Source: Felis catus (taxonomy: Eukaryota). From it: a DNA stretch of 64,000 nt. The position numbers were made by a program, and so were the translations under genes. Below the pieces are notes generated by a model, which was given only the letters and a program-made list of their open reading frames with translations, was not told the DNA's origin and searched no databases. Positions 51,725 to 64,000 of the stretch are shown piece by piece (within the stretch, counting starts at the first letter, position 1; each line of letters begins with the position of its first letter). The stretch covers positions 23,562,001 through 23,626,000 of the forward strand of contig NC_058368.1 in the NCBI RefSeq assembly GCF_018350175.1, given 5' to 3'.

Positions 51725-54235
51725 GGGACTATACTCACTTCAGAAGAGATAAGGGAAATCAATTCCATAGGAGCCCAGAAACAAAAGGGCAAGTAGTGTT
51801 CCATGCCAAGTTTTAGGGAATATTTCCCAAGTGACTTCATTTTGCTTTCCAGAAAATTTGGCCACTTAGGTAATTATTCTAGTGAACAGCATTGTCTTAT
51901 TACCTGAAATATTCACCAGTTACATGTATTATAAATGTACCCCATTTATTTTCTGCTTAAGAGGGCATAAGAACTTAAGCAACTTGGCTTCTCAGAGAGG
52001 ATGAAACATTCCTAGATGGTGTTGGCTGGGAATATGGCAGAGTAGGAGGAACCTAAGCTTGTCTCATCTTATGGATACAACTAGGTAACAGCCACATCAG
52101 TGTAAATAACCCAGACAACAATCCAAAGACTGGCAGAACAAACTCCAGAACTAAATAGTGGAGAAGAAGCCACACTGAAGAGGACAGGAAAGGTAAAGAC
52201 ATGGGACTGACCATAGCCATCCGTGGTGGGGAGGGATCCAGGGGAATGGATAAGGGTTGAAAACAGGCTTTCATACCAGGGAGCCCATGTACAGAGAGGA
52301 GGAATCCCTATAATATTTGCTTTTGAAAGTGAGAAAAGCCAAATATTGTGAGTTCTTACAACCAGTGGGACTTAAAGTCTGATATTTTAAAAATCAGTGT
52401 GCTTAGCTCTGGGAGAGCCCCAAGGACATTAGGAAGTAGAGTTCCTGCCCTTAAAGAGACAGTATGATAATCAGCCTGTGCAGATACAGCACAGAACTAG
52501 CAGTTTGAAAAATACCAGGAATAGACAGGAGGGAGGGTGATTTTCTCATCTCAGAGCATGCCCCTAGGAGACAGGGTTCATGGGGAGACCACTTCAGGAA
52601 AAAAGGAGCTGGCAAGGTGCCATTTCCATCCCCTGCTTCCCAGCATAAACAACGACCTCCAGACAGAATAAGTATAGCACTGACAGTCTTTACCCAACTT
52701 GCTTACACCAAACTGCCTCCCCTTGCACTTCAGCACACCCACCCTTCCCAGTTACCTTTCCCTTAGTCCTTGTACTGTGGGCCCCTCCTTTAGGAGACTG
52801 GTGAAAACCCTGCCCATACCTCATCTCCTGACTTGTGCCTTTTTTGTGGGACTTCACTTCTGGTGATGGCAGTGGCAGGTCTGCTTTCACAAACAGACCA
52901 TCAAACACTTTGTTAAAATGTGCCTCACCCCTGCTGGGGACTAAACACTGACCACAATAGACAAAAAGACCCTCTGTAGACAAAGGGACTGAAGGAAAAA
53001 GAGGCCAAGGCTCAACAGCAGAGCACACGCAACACACATACGAGATACTCCCTGAAGTGCTAGGCCCTGGGAAACAGGGGACACTGCACTTGCAGGATCT
53101 CTTCTTCAAAAGACCATTATTATTAAGAACAAGAGAAGTAGCTGATTCCTAACACAGAGAGACATATACAGAAAGTTAGACAAAATGAGGAGACAGAGAA
53201 ATATCTCCCAAATGAAAGAGTAGAAACAAACCACAGAAATGAAATGGGTATAAGTAATATGCCTAATAGATAATTTAAAGTAATAATCATAAAGATATTC
53301 ATTGCACTTGAGGATAAGAGTTTAGGACATCAGATCCTTAACACAGAGATAAAAAAAAAGAATGAATCAGACATAAAGAACACAATAAATGAAATTAAAG
53401 ATATACTTGATGGAATAAATACCAGGATAGATGAAGCAGAGGAATGAATTAACAACCTGAAAGACAAAGTAATGGAAAGTAACCAAGCTGAGCAAAGGAG
53501 AGGAAAGAAAATTATGTAAATTGAGAATAGTCTTAGAGAACTCAGTGACTGTAGTAACATTCACATTATAAGGATATCACAAGAAGAGAGAGAAAAATGA
53601 GCAGAAAACTTATTTGCAGAAATAATAGCTGAAAAGTTCCCTAATCTGGAGGAGGAAACAGATATCCAGATCCAGGAGGGACAGAGATCACCCCAAAAAT
53701 TCAACCCAAGGAGGTATACACCAAGACATATACAGCAATTAAAATGGCAAAAAGTAGCAATAAAGAAAAAAAAATTAAAAGCAGCAAGAGAAAAGTAGGC
53801 AGTAATGTGTGAGGGAGACCCCTTAAGGTTATGAGTAGATATTTCAGCAGAAACTATGCAGGCCATAAGGGAGGGGTATGATATATTCAAGGTGCTGAAA
53901 GGGAAAAATCTGCAGCCAAGAATATTCTATCCAGCAAAGCTACCATTCACACTGAAAGGAGTGAGAGAGTTTCACAAACTAAACCTGCCCTATAAGATAC
54001 ATTAAAGGGGACTCTTTGAATATACAGGAAAGATCATAAGTAGGAGTATTTAAAGTAAAAATCACAAAAGCAGTAGCATTTCTATAAAAATCAGTCAAGG
54101 GATTCATAAAATAAAAGGATATAAAATATGACACCATAAACTGAAAACGTGGGTTGGGGGAGGAATAAAGAATAGGTTTAGACTTAACTATAAACTATGT
54201 AGACTGCTATATGCAGAAGATGTTATATACAAATA

Positions 54236-54327
54236 ATGATCAAATAATAAAGATACATACCATCTGGCACAGTATATAATGACAACGGGTTCTAGAAGGT
54301 CAAGTGTAGTTTGCTTTATAATATCCA
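54236..54327 (+). repeat. 92-bp non-L1 insert in L1 inter-ORF spacer, copy of 51633-51724
   Basis: Interrupts L1 gttatatacaaa|cctaatggtaacc; three substitutions versus donor. Confidence 0.95.
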
Positions 54328-57300
54328 AACCTAATGGTAACCACAAACCAGTAACCAATAATAGATATGCAAAGAATAAGGAGAAAGGGATCCAATAATA
54401 TCACTAAAGAAAGCCGACAAACCATAAAACAGAGCACAAGGAGAAAGAATCAGAGAAAATCTATAGAAACAACCAAAAAACAACACAATGGCAATAAACA
54501 TATCTATCAATAATTACTTTGAATATAAATGGATTAAACATTTCAATCAAAAGACAAAGGGTGACAGAGTGGATAAAAAAAGCAAGACCCATCTATATGA
54601 CTTACAAGAGACTCATTTTAGACCTAAAGACACCAGTAGATTGAAAGTGAGAGGACAAAGAAACATTTATCATGCAAATGGATGTCAAAAGAAAGCTAGA
54701 GTAGCAATATTTATATCAGACAAAATAGTCTTTAAAACAAAGACTATCACAGGGAACAAAGAAGAACAGTATATAATAATAAAGGGGACAATCCAAGGAG
54801 AAGATATAGCAATTGTAGATATTTATGCATCCTACACAGGAGAACCCAAATACATAAAACAGTTAAAAATGGAGAAACTAATCAAGAGTAATACAGTAAT
54901 AGTGGGGACTTCAACTCCTTCCCACTCACATTGATGGACAGATCATCCCAAACAGAAAATCAACAAGGAAACAGTGGCTCTGAATGACACAGTGGACCAG
55001 ATAGACGTAACAGATATATTTAAAACATTCCTTCCTAAAACAGCAGAATACACATTCTTTCAAGAGCACATTAAACATTCTTCAGAAGAGATCACATATT
55101 GGACCACAAAATAAGTCTCAATAAATTTAAAAAAATGAAGTTGTACATGTACCTTATCTGACTACAACGCTGTGAAACTAGAAATCGACCCCAGGAAAAA
55201 AATTGGAAAGAGCAAAAATACATGGAAGTTAAATAACATGCTACTAAACAATGAATAGGTCAAGTAAGAAATCACAGAATAAATAAAAATGTTACATGGG
55301 GAGAAATGAAACCAAAAACACAGTGGTCCAAAATCTTTAAGATGAAGCAAAATGTGTTCTAAGAGGAGAATTTATGGCCATACAGGCCTATTTCAAGAAG
55401 CAAGAAAAATCTCAAATAAACAACCTGTGTACCTACAGGGGCTAGTTAATGAACAAATATAGCCCAAGCCCACAAAAGGAAGGAAATAATAAAGATTAGA
55501 ACAGAAATAAAAGATCTAAAAAGTACACACACACACACACACACAGAGCAAACAAACAAAAACAATAGAACAACTCAATGAAACTAGGAGCTTATTTTTT
55601 GAAAAGATGAACAAAATAGATAAACCTCTAGCAAGTCTCATCAGGAAAAAAAACGACATAAAAAAAACAAAAATCACTACTTAAAGGGGAGAAATGACAA
55701 CCAACACCACAAAAATACAATTTTAACAGCATTTTATAAAAACCTATATATCAACAAGTTGGAAAACTTAGAAGAAATAGATCAATTCCTAGAAACATAT
55801 AAACTACCAAAAGTAAAGCAGGAAGAAATAGAAAATTTGAACAGATAAATTACCAGCAATGAAATTGAATCAGTAATCAAAAAACTCCCCAAACACAAAA
55901 GTTCAGGACCAAATGGCTCCACAGCCCAATCGTACCAAACATTTAAAGAAGGGTTAATATCTATTCTTCTTCAATTATTCCAAAAAATTGAAGAGGAATG
56001 GGTAAATTTCCAAATTAATTCTATGAGGCCAATATCACACTGATACCAAAACGAATCACAAAAAAGAGAACTATGGGCCAATATCTCTCATGAATATATA
56101 TGCAAAAATCCCCCACAAAATATTAGCAAACAGAATCCAACGATACATTAAAATAAATCAAGTGGGATTTATTCCCAGGATGAAAGGGAGGTTCAATATT
56201 TGCAAAACAATCAACGTGATGTATTACATCAACACGAGAAAGGAAACATATGGTATTTCAACAGATGCAGAAAAAGCATTTGACAAAGCACAACATCCAT
56301 TCATGATACAAACCCTCTGCCAAGTAGGTATAGAGGGAACATATCTCAACATAATATAGGCCTTAAGTGAAAACCCAGAGCCAACATCATATTCAGTGGT
56401 AAAAACTGAGAACTTTCCCCTAAGATCAGGAACAAGATAGGGATATCCACTCTCACCACTTTTATTCAACATAGTACTGGAAATCCTAGCCACAGCAATT
56501 AGACAACATAAAGAAATAAAAAGCATCCAAATTGGTAAGGAAGAAGTAAAACTCTATTTGCAGATAATATGATACTCTATGTTAAAAACCCTAAAGACTA
56601 CATCAAAATACTACTCATACTGATAAATGAATACAGTAAAGTCACAGGATACAAAATCAATGTCTAGAAATCTGTTGCATTCCTACATACTAATAATGAA
56701 CCAGCATAAAGTGAAATTAAGAAAACAGTTCTATTTGTGATTTTACCAAAACCAATAAAATATTTAGGAATAAACTTAACCAAAGAGGTGAAAGATCTGT
56801 ACTCTAAAAACTATAAAACATTGTTGAAAGAAATTCAAGATGACACAAATAAAAGGAAAGAGATTCCATACTCATGGGTTAGAAGAATAAATATTGTTAA
56901 AATGTTTATACTGTCCAAAGCAGGATACACATTTAATGCAATCCCTATCAAAATACCAACAGCATTTTTCACAGAGCTAGAACAAACAATCCTAAAATTT
57001 GTATGGAGCCACAAAAGACCTCAAATAGCCAAAGCAATCATGTAATATAAAATCAAAACTGGAAGTATCACAATTCCAGATTTCAAGTTATACCACAAAG
57101 CAGTAGTAATTAAAACAATATGGTACTGGCATGAAAACAGACACACAGATCAATGGAATAGAACAGAAAACCTAGAAATAAACTCATGATTATGTGGGCA
57201 ATACATCTTTGACAAAGGCAAAATGATTAACAAGGGGAAAAAGAGAGTCTCTTCAACAAATGGTGTTGGAAAAACTGGACAGCCACATGCAAAAGAGTAA

Positions 57301-58430
57301 AACTGGACCACTTTCTTAGACTCTACACAAAAGTAAACTCAAAAATGGATTAAAGTCCTGAAACTATAAAACTCCTTGAGGAGAGCACAGGCAGCAATGT
57401 CTATGATATTGGCCATAGTGTCATTTTTCTAGCTATGTCTCTTGAGGAAGGGGAAATAAAAGCAAAAATAAACTATTGGGACTACATCAAAATAAAAAAG
57501 TTTCTGTACAACACTGAAAGAAAGGCAACCTACTGAATGGGATAAAATATTTGCAAATGACATATCTAATAAAGGGTTAGTATTCAATATATATAAAGAA
57601 CTGATACAACTGAATACCCCTAAAATAAATAATCCAATTAAAAAATGGGCAGAAGACATGAACAGACATTTCTCCAAAGAAGACATCTAGATGACCAACA
57701 GATACATGAAAAGACACTCAATATTGCTCATCATCAAGGAAATGTCAATAAAAACCACAACGAGATATCACTCCACACCTGTCAGAAAGGCAAAAATAAA
57801 AAACACAAGAAACAAGTGTTAGTGAGGCACTGTTGTCAACTGGTGCAGCCAATGTGGAAAACAATAGGGAGTTTCCTCAAAAGTTAAAGATAGAACTATT
57901 TTATGTCCCCACAATTATACTAGTAGATATTTAGCCCCTAAATGCAAAAACACTAATTCAAAGGGATACATGCACCCTATGTTTTTTGCAGTATTTACAA
58001 TAGCCAAACTATGGAAGCAGCCTAAGTGTCCAACAATTGATAAATGGGTAAAGGTTATGTGAGATACACAGGCACACAATACACACACATATATATATAT
58101 ACATACATATATATACACACCACATACACACACACAGTGGAATATTATTCAGCCATAAAAAAGAATAAAATCTTGCCATTTGCAACAACATGGATAGAGC
58201 TAGAGGGTGTAAGACTAAGTGAAATCAGTCAGAGAAAGAAAAATACCATATGATCTAGCTCATATGTGGAATTTAACAAACAAAACAAATGAGCAAAGGG
58301 AAAAAAGAAGAGAGAGCAGCAAACCAAGAAACAGACTCTTAACTATAGAGAACAAACTGATGGTTACCAGAGGAGAAATGAGTAGGGGGGTGGGGGAAAT
58401 AGGGGATGGAGGTTAAAGAGTATACTCATC

Positions 58431-58568
58431 AGAGTGCCTGGGTGGCTCAGGGGTTAGGCATCTGACTTCACCTCTGACAGTTTGTGTTCTCAGTGCAGAG
58501 CCTGCATCAGATCCTCTGTCTCCCTTTCTCTCTGCCCCTACCTCTTCTTCAAAAATAAACATTAAAAA
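58431..58568 (+). mobile_element. Can-SINE with internal deletion
   Basis: gagtgcctgggtggctcag head, CT-rich body, aaaaataaacattaaaaa tail. Confidence 0.88.
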
Positions 58569-58593
58569 ACAGATTACAATCATCATGATGGAA

Positions 58594-58596
<3 letters not shown>

Positions 58597-58638
<42 letters not shown>
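58597..58638. repeat. (TA)n microsatellite
   Basis: Read directly. Confidence 0.97.
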
Positions 58639-58640
<2 letters not shown>

Positions 58641-59249
58641 CTCCAAAAATGTTCCGATAATAAAAAAAAAAATTCTTATATGGGATGTAAGACATTATCT
58701 AAGAAGAGGACCTGAAAGAGACAAAGACAGAATCAGGACTGTGATAGAAAAGGATGACTAGTACAGTTATGCAGACAGAGAATATTACAAAGGCAAGAAT
58801 ATTGTCCAGAAAATAAAGAAGAAATGGTGACAGAACAAGAAAATAGGATATTATACCAATTTAAACAATAACAGGAAGACACAGCTTCTCCTGGTTTGAA
58901 ACTCTTGGTCCTGGCCCCAGTCCTGGCCACTCTGTATGGTTCTGACATGTTGATGCACAGGATTGGTTGTTTTTCTGGGCCGAGTGCCTGAGATGTGATT
59001 GATCAGTATCTTTGGACTCCTCAAGCTGGTAGAACTGCTGCCCCCTAATAACTCCAGAGTGAATGAATGACGCCAAGAAAAGAATCTGGAAAAAAGCTTT
59101 GTGTTCTATATGTGATAATTGGTGGATTTGAGGACATAGTATTTCCAGATCTTTTAGTTAAAAGGTGTATCTTTGGAAAGTGAAAGCGAGCTTAGGAAAT
59201 TAATGGGTGGATTTATATGTGGCATGGACTGTGACCTGCTTTTATACAG

Positions 59250-60060
59250 ACTCATGTATTTACTGATTGTCTGCTCGTCAACGTTTATGGAGTATATATC
59301 TACCTTATGCTAGTTGTAAAAAAATACAAAAATAAATAAGACATATTTCTTTTAAGAAATGGATTTTAGCCTAAAGCATAGCACAGAAATAAATCTACTA
59401 ATACACACAGTAATAAAGGATACAATAGTGCTATTCCCAGGGTGCTTTGAGGACATGGAGAGTCATTAATTCTGACTGGGGGCTCATAGAAATTTTCCAG
59501 AGATGTGCCTTAAGCTGAGCTAGCTAGATACCATGTAAGAAAGGACATTCCAGGGTGAGGACATAACATGTTTATAGTACAGAAGTCCTGTGTCCCTGGA
59601 ACCTCAAGTATTTTACTATAGCTGGAGTCATTAGAGGGTTTGGGGATCGGAAGGAAAGGAGATGGAAAATGGGAGGGGGCGAATCTCAGAGGGTGTTGGT
59701 GGCTAAGCTATGAACTTGCACTTTAACCTGAAACCTATAAAGAGGCATTAAATAATTTTAAGCAGGGGAATCATATAATCATATTTGCTTCTTAGAAAGG
59801 CCACTCTGGGGGGTACCTGGGTGGCTCAGTCGGTTAAGCGTCCAACTCTTGATTTCGGCTTAGGTCATGATCTCACGGTTTTGTAAGTTTGGGGCCCTAC
59901 ATCGGGCTTAGAGCTGACAGTTCAGAGACTGCTTTGGATTCTCTCTCTTCCTCTCTCTGTCCATCCCCTGGTCACTTGTGCTTTCTCTCAAAATAAATAA
60001 ACTTTTTTTTCTAAAAAAAAAGAAAGGTCACTCTGGGATTTGTGAAGAATGATTTGAGTT
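59250..60060 (-). mobile_element. LINE-2 fragment (host of SINE)
   Basis: caacgtttatggagtatatatctacc...aattttaagcaggggaatcatataatcatatttgcttcttagaaaggccactctgg. Confidence 0.7.
59811..60020 (+). mobile_element. Can-SINE
   Basis: TSD agaaaggccactctggg / agaaaggtcactctggg at 59794-59810 and 60021-60037. Confidence 0.96.
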
Positions 60061-60309
60061 CATCCCCATCAGAACCCAGAAGATGTGAACCCAAGACTCA
60101 AGGAAAGGAAGCTTCTAACAAGACTGAGAATAAATAACAGGTTTGGCCAGAGTCTGTCTGATCAAGAATGCTATATAAAATAAAATTTGAGGAAGATAAA
60201 CACTCTGGTAAAAAAGAATATAATGGAATGTAACAAATGTGTCATGGGAAGAAGAATAATTGTGTGTGTGTGTGGGGGGGGATCCTCAGATAAAAAGTAT
60301 GTAAAGATC

Positions 60310-61480
60310 TACCCATTTTCTCAGTCAGCAAAACTATGTGTTACTTTTGATTCTTCTTTTCCTCATTCATTGCATATATACATTACTGAAAGTGCCTATC
60401 AGCTACTCTGCCAAAAAATATCCAGAATGTCAATTTCTACCTATTTTCACTGTTTTTGCTTAAATCCAAAACACCTTCAACTCTCATTTGGACCTACAGA
60501 AGACCTTCCAGTCTCGCTACTGTTATGGCCTGAAGTGTACCCTTCTAAAATTTTTGCGATGAAGACCTAACCCCAAACATGATTGTATTTGAAGATAGGG
60601 TCTTTAGGGAGATAAGTAAGGTTAAATGACATTATAAATATGGGGTCCTAATCCAATAGGACTGATGACCCTACAAGAAGCAGAAAAGACAGAAGAAAGG
60701 CCATGTGAAGATTGAGTGAGAAGGTGGCCATCTGCAAGCTAGGAAGACAAGCCTCACTAGAAACCAACCTTGATGGTAAATTGATCTTGAACTTCCAGCT
60801 TCCAGAATTGCAAGAAAATAAATTTCTTTTTTTTTAATCCGCCCAGTCTGTTGTATTTTGTTATGGTAGCCTGAGTCAACTAATATACCCACCTCCACTC
60901 CATTCTCCACATGGAGATCTTTTGTAAGTGTAAATGAGATTCCATCACTCCCCTACTTAAAGTCCTCCACACCTTCTTGTCCTATTTAGATATAATACAA
61001 AAAATGTATTTAGCCGATGGGACCCTACATGCTCCATTTTCCAGCTCTGCCTCCTAGTCAGGCAGGCTGATTTTTCCTTCCATATTTCAAACAGGCCAAA
61101 TTCCTCCTTGACTTAATTAAGCTGTTTAATCTGCTCTTCTCTGTGTCTGGAAGCCTCATCCTATAGCCTTCTCCGGTTGTTGGGTTACCTTTTGTTATTC
61201 AGGACTCCAGTTAGAGGTTACCTCTTAGAGAGCCCTTCTGATCACCCAGTCTGATCCCTTCTCCTTCCCTGCCATTCTCTAGATCACAATCCTACATACT
61301 TTCTTCAAAGCAGTTGCCATGATCTGAAGTTTTTTTAAATCTGTTTTCTTGTTTGTTACCTGTCTTCTCCACTAGACAGGAGAGCAGAGACTTTCCTTGA
61401 TTATTTGCTTCTCTAAATTGTCTGCAGCTCGAATAGTGAATGATCCATAGCAGATAATAATAAAAAATAAGTGGATGAAG
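60310..61480 (+). mobile_element. LINE-2 3' region interrupted by MLT1 LTR
   Basis: catcactcccctacttaaagtcctcc, gttacctcttagagagcccttctgatcacc, ctcccactagac...atagtg L2 motifs. Confidence 0.7.
60521..60887 (+). mobile_element. MaLR solo LTR (MLT1B-like)
   Basis: tgttatggcctgaa start; ttccagcttccagaattgcaagaaaataaatttct; tttgttatggtagcc...actaatata end. Confidence 0.88.
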
Positions 61481-62346
61481 AGTTTTCAGGTTCTGGATCT
61501 ATCCCTGTCCTATGGCTGGGGCTTCTCTACCTCCTTCTGCAGATGCAGCCCTGCCTTAGTCTCTAGAACCTACTCTGATATGGGGCAGGAGGAATTAGTG
61601 GCCATTAGGATTCACCCAATGTACCACCAGCCCCAGTTCTGACAATACATTCGTCTTATATTTTAGAATTTGTTTCATTTGTTCTGCTCTTCAGGTAACT
61701 GGCCATTTTCTTTCCTGGGCCTTTATCAAATGTTAGGTGAATCTTTCAGGGGCTTAATGTACTATATTGGGAAGCGAGAGTTATAAGCCATCAAAAGTTG
61801 AATTACTTAAAAAAAAAAGGAATTATTATCAATCGTTTCTGAAAAATTTTAAATGAAGTTGTGTAATTAAAAAAATACAGCATAATTTGTTTCATGGATT
61901 GGTGAGTCTTGGGGAAATTTGGTTTATGGTTAGAAATAATGTTGGAATGTTTGAATTACATGAAACTCTAAGGGTTTTTGTTAGGGCATATTAACAAATC
62001 ATGTGTGAAGTACCTTTGAATTGTATGAAATAGCCATAGGAATAATTAAAAAAATAACCTATATCCTGCCTACCTCTCAAAAAGATGAAACTCCCTTGTT
62101 GCTGCCCCCTCGTACCCCAACTAAAGAAAGCATGGTCACACAGGCTTTATTTTGCAGTACTTATCAGTTTTGTATGACTAATAGGAAAGAAGGTCTCTTC
62201 ATTAAAAGGAAGCAAGAATTAAAGGAAAATGTAAAAAGAAATGTATTCTTTTTTTGGAGATTTTTAGTTTATATTCCAAGTGTCCAAGCCTAGGGAGTTT
62301 GGATTAGGATTTTGGGATAGAAGTCTTAATGCAGAGGAAAAATAAT

Positions 62347-63006
62347 TGAAAACCCCTCAAATTTTCTCCCAACTCAGAAAAGCTCTCCCCACACAGTCAG
62401 GAGAAACAGACAAACAGTTTTGCTATTGAATAAGTATTTAACCAGAACGGGACGCTCATCATATCAATTGCTAAGAAATTGCAAAGAGAGGAATTTCGCC
62501 CCCTTATATGGTCAATCAGATTTTAAAGCCAAGAATGTTCCCTACATGTTCTCAAGATAAACAGTAACTAGTCCTCAAGTTAGAGGACTTGAGAGCACAT
62601 TTGTCACACATAGTTCATCCTAAATTTACCTGATAATTGGGTTGACCATCTGTGTTAGCTAATTGGCTTCATTTAAAGGAAAACAAACTTCTCATAGCCT
62701 TATGATGGGAGGTAGTTTTCCAACTTTGAGCGAGGCACCACTAGTTAGGCTCCTACCTCCCCCTCCCCTCCCACAATAGAGACTGGGAGATTCAAAAGAA
62801 TGACTCCCGGGTCCTTGAGAAAGACATTCCTGGGTCATAAACTGGGCAAGGTAGTAAAAAAAAAAAGTCTCAAAAGGGCAGAGAGAATTTACAATTACAT
62901 GTTTATTAAAAAAAATACTCTGACAAAAGGTAAGGGGGGTGTCTCTTCCCTTATTTTTAACAGGGAGAATTAAGCCTTTTATTTTCAATTTTTCTATATC
63001 CTAAAA
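62347..63006 (-). mobile_element. Probable ERV1-class solo LTR
   Basis: Minus strand begins ...aaaataaaaggcttaattctccctgttaaaaataagggaagag and ends ...ggttttca; ~660 bp; family not pinned down. Confidence 0.6.
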
Positions 63007-64000
63007 AGTTGAGAGTTCTGAGTCCTATAATCAGCAACATACAGGACTGAGAAGCATAGGAATTTCTTGAACAGTAACTCCTGCAATTAAGCTAGAAAAA
63101 ATAAACAAAACTAATGTTTTTTCTTTCTTGCCATCATACTCTATTCAGGGATTATGCCATTTTTCATCTACTGCTGAGTTTCTGTTATATTACCAATTAA
63201 TTGTTCTAATTAAGAGAGAAAAAATAAATCATCCCCTTATTTTAAAGACATGTAGCAACCTTGCAACAATTTATCACTGTTTCCTAAAACACACAGTCTT
63301 TTCTGTAAGAGGCAGAAAGTGCTTTCTCTGGGAATCAGAAAGGGTCTTTTCACAATACCCTGGTTTCTAGAGAAAAGTGGGAGGGGGACTGGGCCACCTG
63401 GGCTTTGATTTTTTCTAGAATGGCAGTCCTATACCACTGAAGTGAACTTAATGTTTCCACTAAAGAATGGATAAAAACATCCTCTTTGCCTGGTTTGTGT
63501 TCTCTGCGAATTTAGACTTGAAAATTCTTCAGAAATTCACTACTTATCCCTTGACTGATAAATCTAGCTGTGACCTAAGGTAACTTCTCCCCTTCTTAGT
63601 GAAACTGTTTGGGGGTGAGCCAGTCTCCAGAGATTCTGGATGGTTAGAAAGAACAGAAGGATTCCAGAATGGGGTGGCAAGAAGTAAATTTTGGAGTCAA
63701 ATATTCATTCGGATATTCCCCTAAAGAAACAGACATAAATGCTTTTTGTTTGGCTCTGGGACTGAGCTCATGTGAGGATTTCCAGATTAGTGATGAAGTA
63801 AACCTGGATACTTAGAACTCATCCTGTTAGGACCTGTTTCTGTAGGGTGGTTCCATTTCTAAAACTGGCTTCTTATGGTTCATTTGACCCTGTTACTATT
63901 TCTTAGGCTTGCAGACCAGGCTGCTCAACTTGTGTGAGTTTAAAGTTCTAGAAGTAAAAGCAACTTGAATCGGATATAATCTTTCCACTTTCCATTGCCC

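Larger units (their letters stand above)
52020..58667 (+). mobile_element. Full-length LINE-1, inactivated
   Basis: 5' terminus aatatggcagagtaggagga; ORF1 ATG 53185; ORF2 ATG 54488 (LQETHFRPKD, FADNM ~56557); 3'UTR; possible TSD aaacattcctagatgg (52004-52019) / aaaaattcttatatgg (58668-58683), 13/16 match. Confidence 0.95.

Noticed and set aside
59035..59052. CTCF-like ctgctgccccctaataa
   Set aside because: Mismatches at the conserved CC positions; unsupported without ChIP data.
1..64000. Prokaryotic-type systems (CRISPR, operons, retrons) or an intact active L1
   Set aside because: The sequence is mammalian repeat-rich DNA with no regular repeat-spacer array, and all RT-bearing ORF2 copies are fragmented by stops and frameshifts.

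Overview
Mammalian genomic DNA from a carnivore, most likely a felid (tRNA-derived Can-SINEs of the SINEC_Fc type and carnivore L1 5'/3' UTRs). It is AT-rich and intergenic or intronic. About 60% of the window (roughly 38-39 kb by my coordinate sums) is seven large, inactivated LINE-1 copies, with younger L1 3' fragments and Can-SINEs nested in them. The gaps contain older L2, MIR, MaLR/ERVL/ERV1 LTRs and hAT (MER58/MER102-like) relics. No intact protein-coding gene, rRNA, tRNA gene or CRISPR array is supportable. Most ORFs in the track are L1/SINE fragments, and I could not recognise the rest as known proteins. I found no convincing new biological system. The observations most worth following up are structural: (1) a 92-bp piece of unique flanking DNA copied into an L1 2.6 kb downstream; (2) an orphan polyadenylated ~410-bp non-L1 retrocopy inside an L1; (3) a twin-priming inverted L1 insertion; (4) two opposite-strand L1s fused tail-to-tail; (5) several L1s that keep both ends but lack kilobases internally; (6) monomer-like repeats in an L1 5'UTR; (7) weak candidate exons. 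Repeat subfamily names come from recognition by eye and need RepeatMasker/Dfam confirmation.
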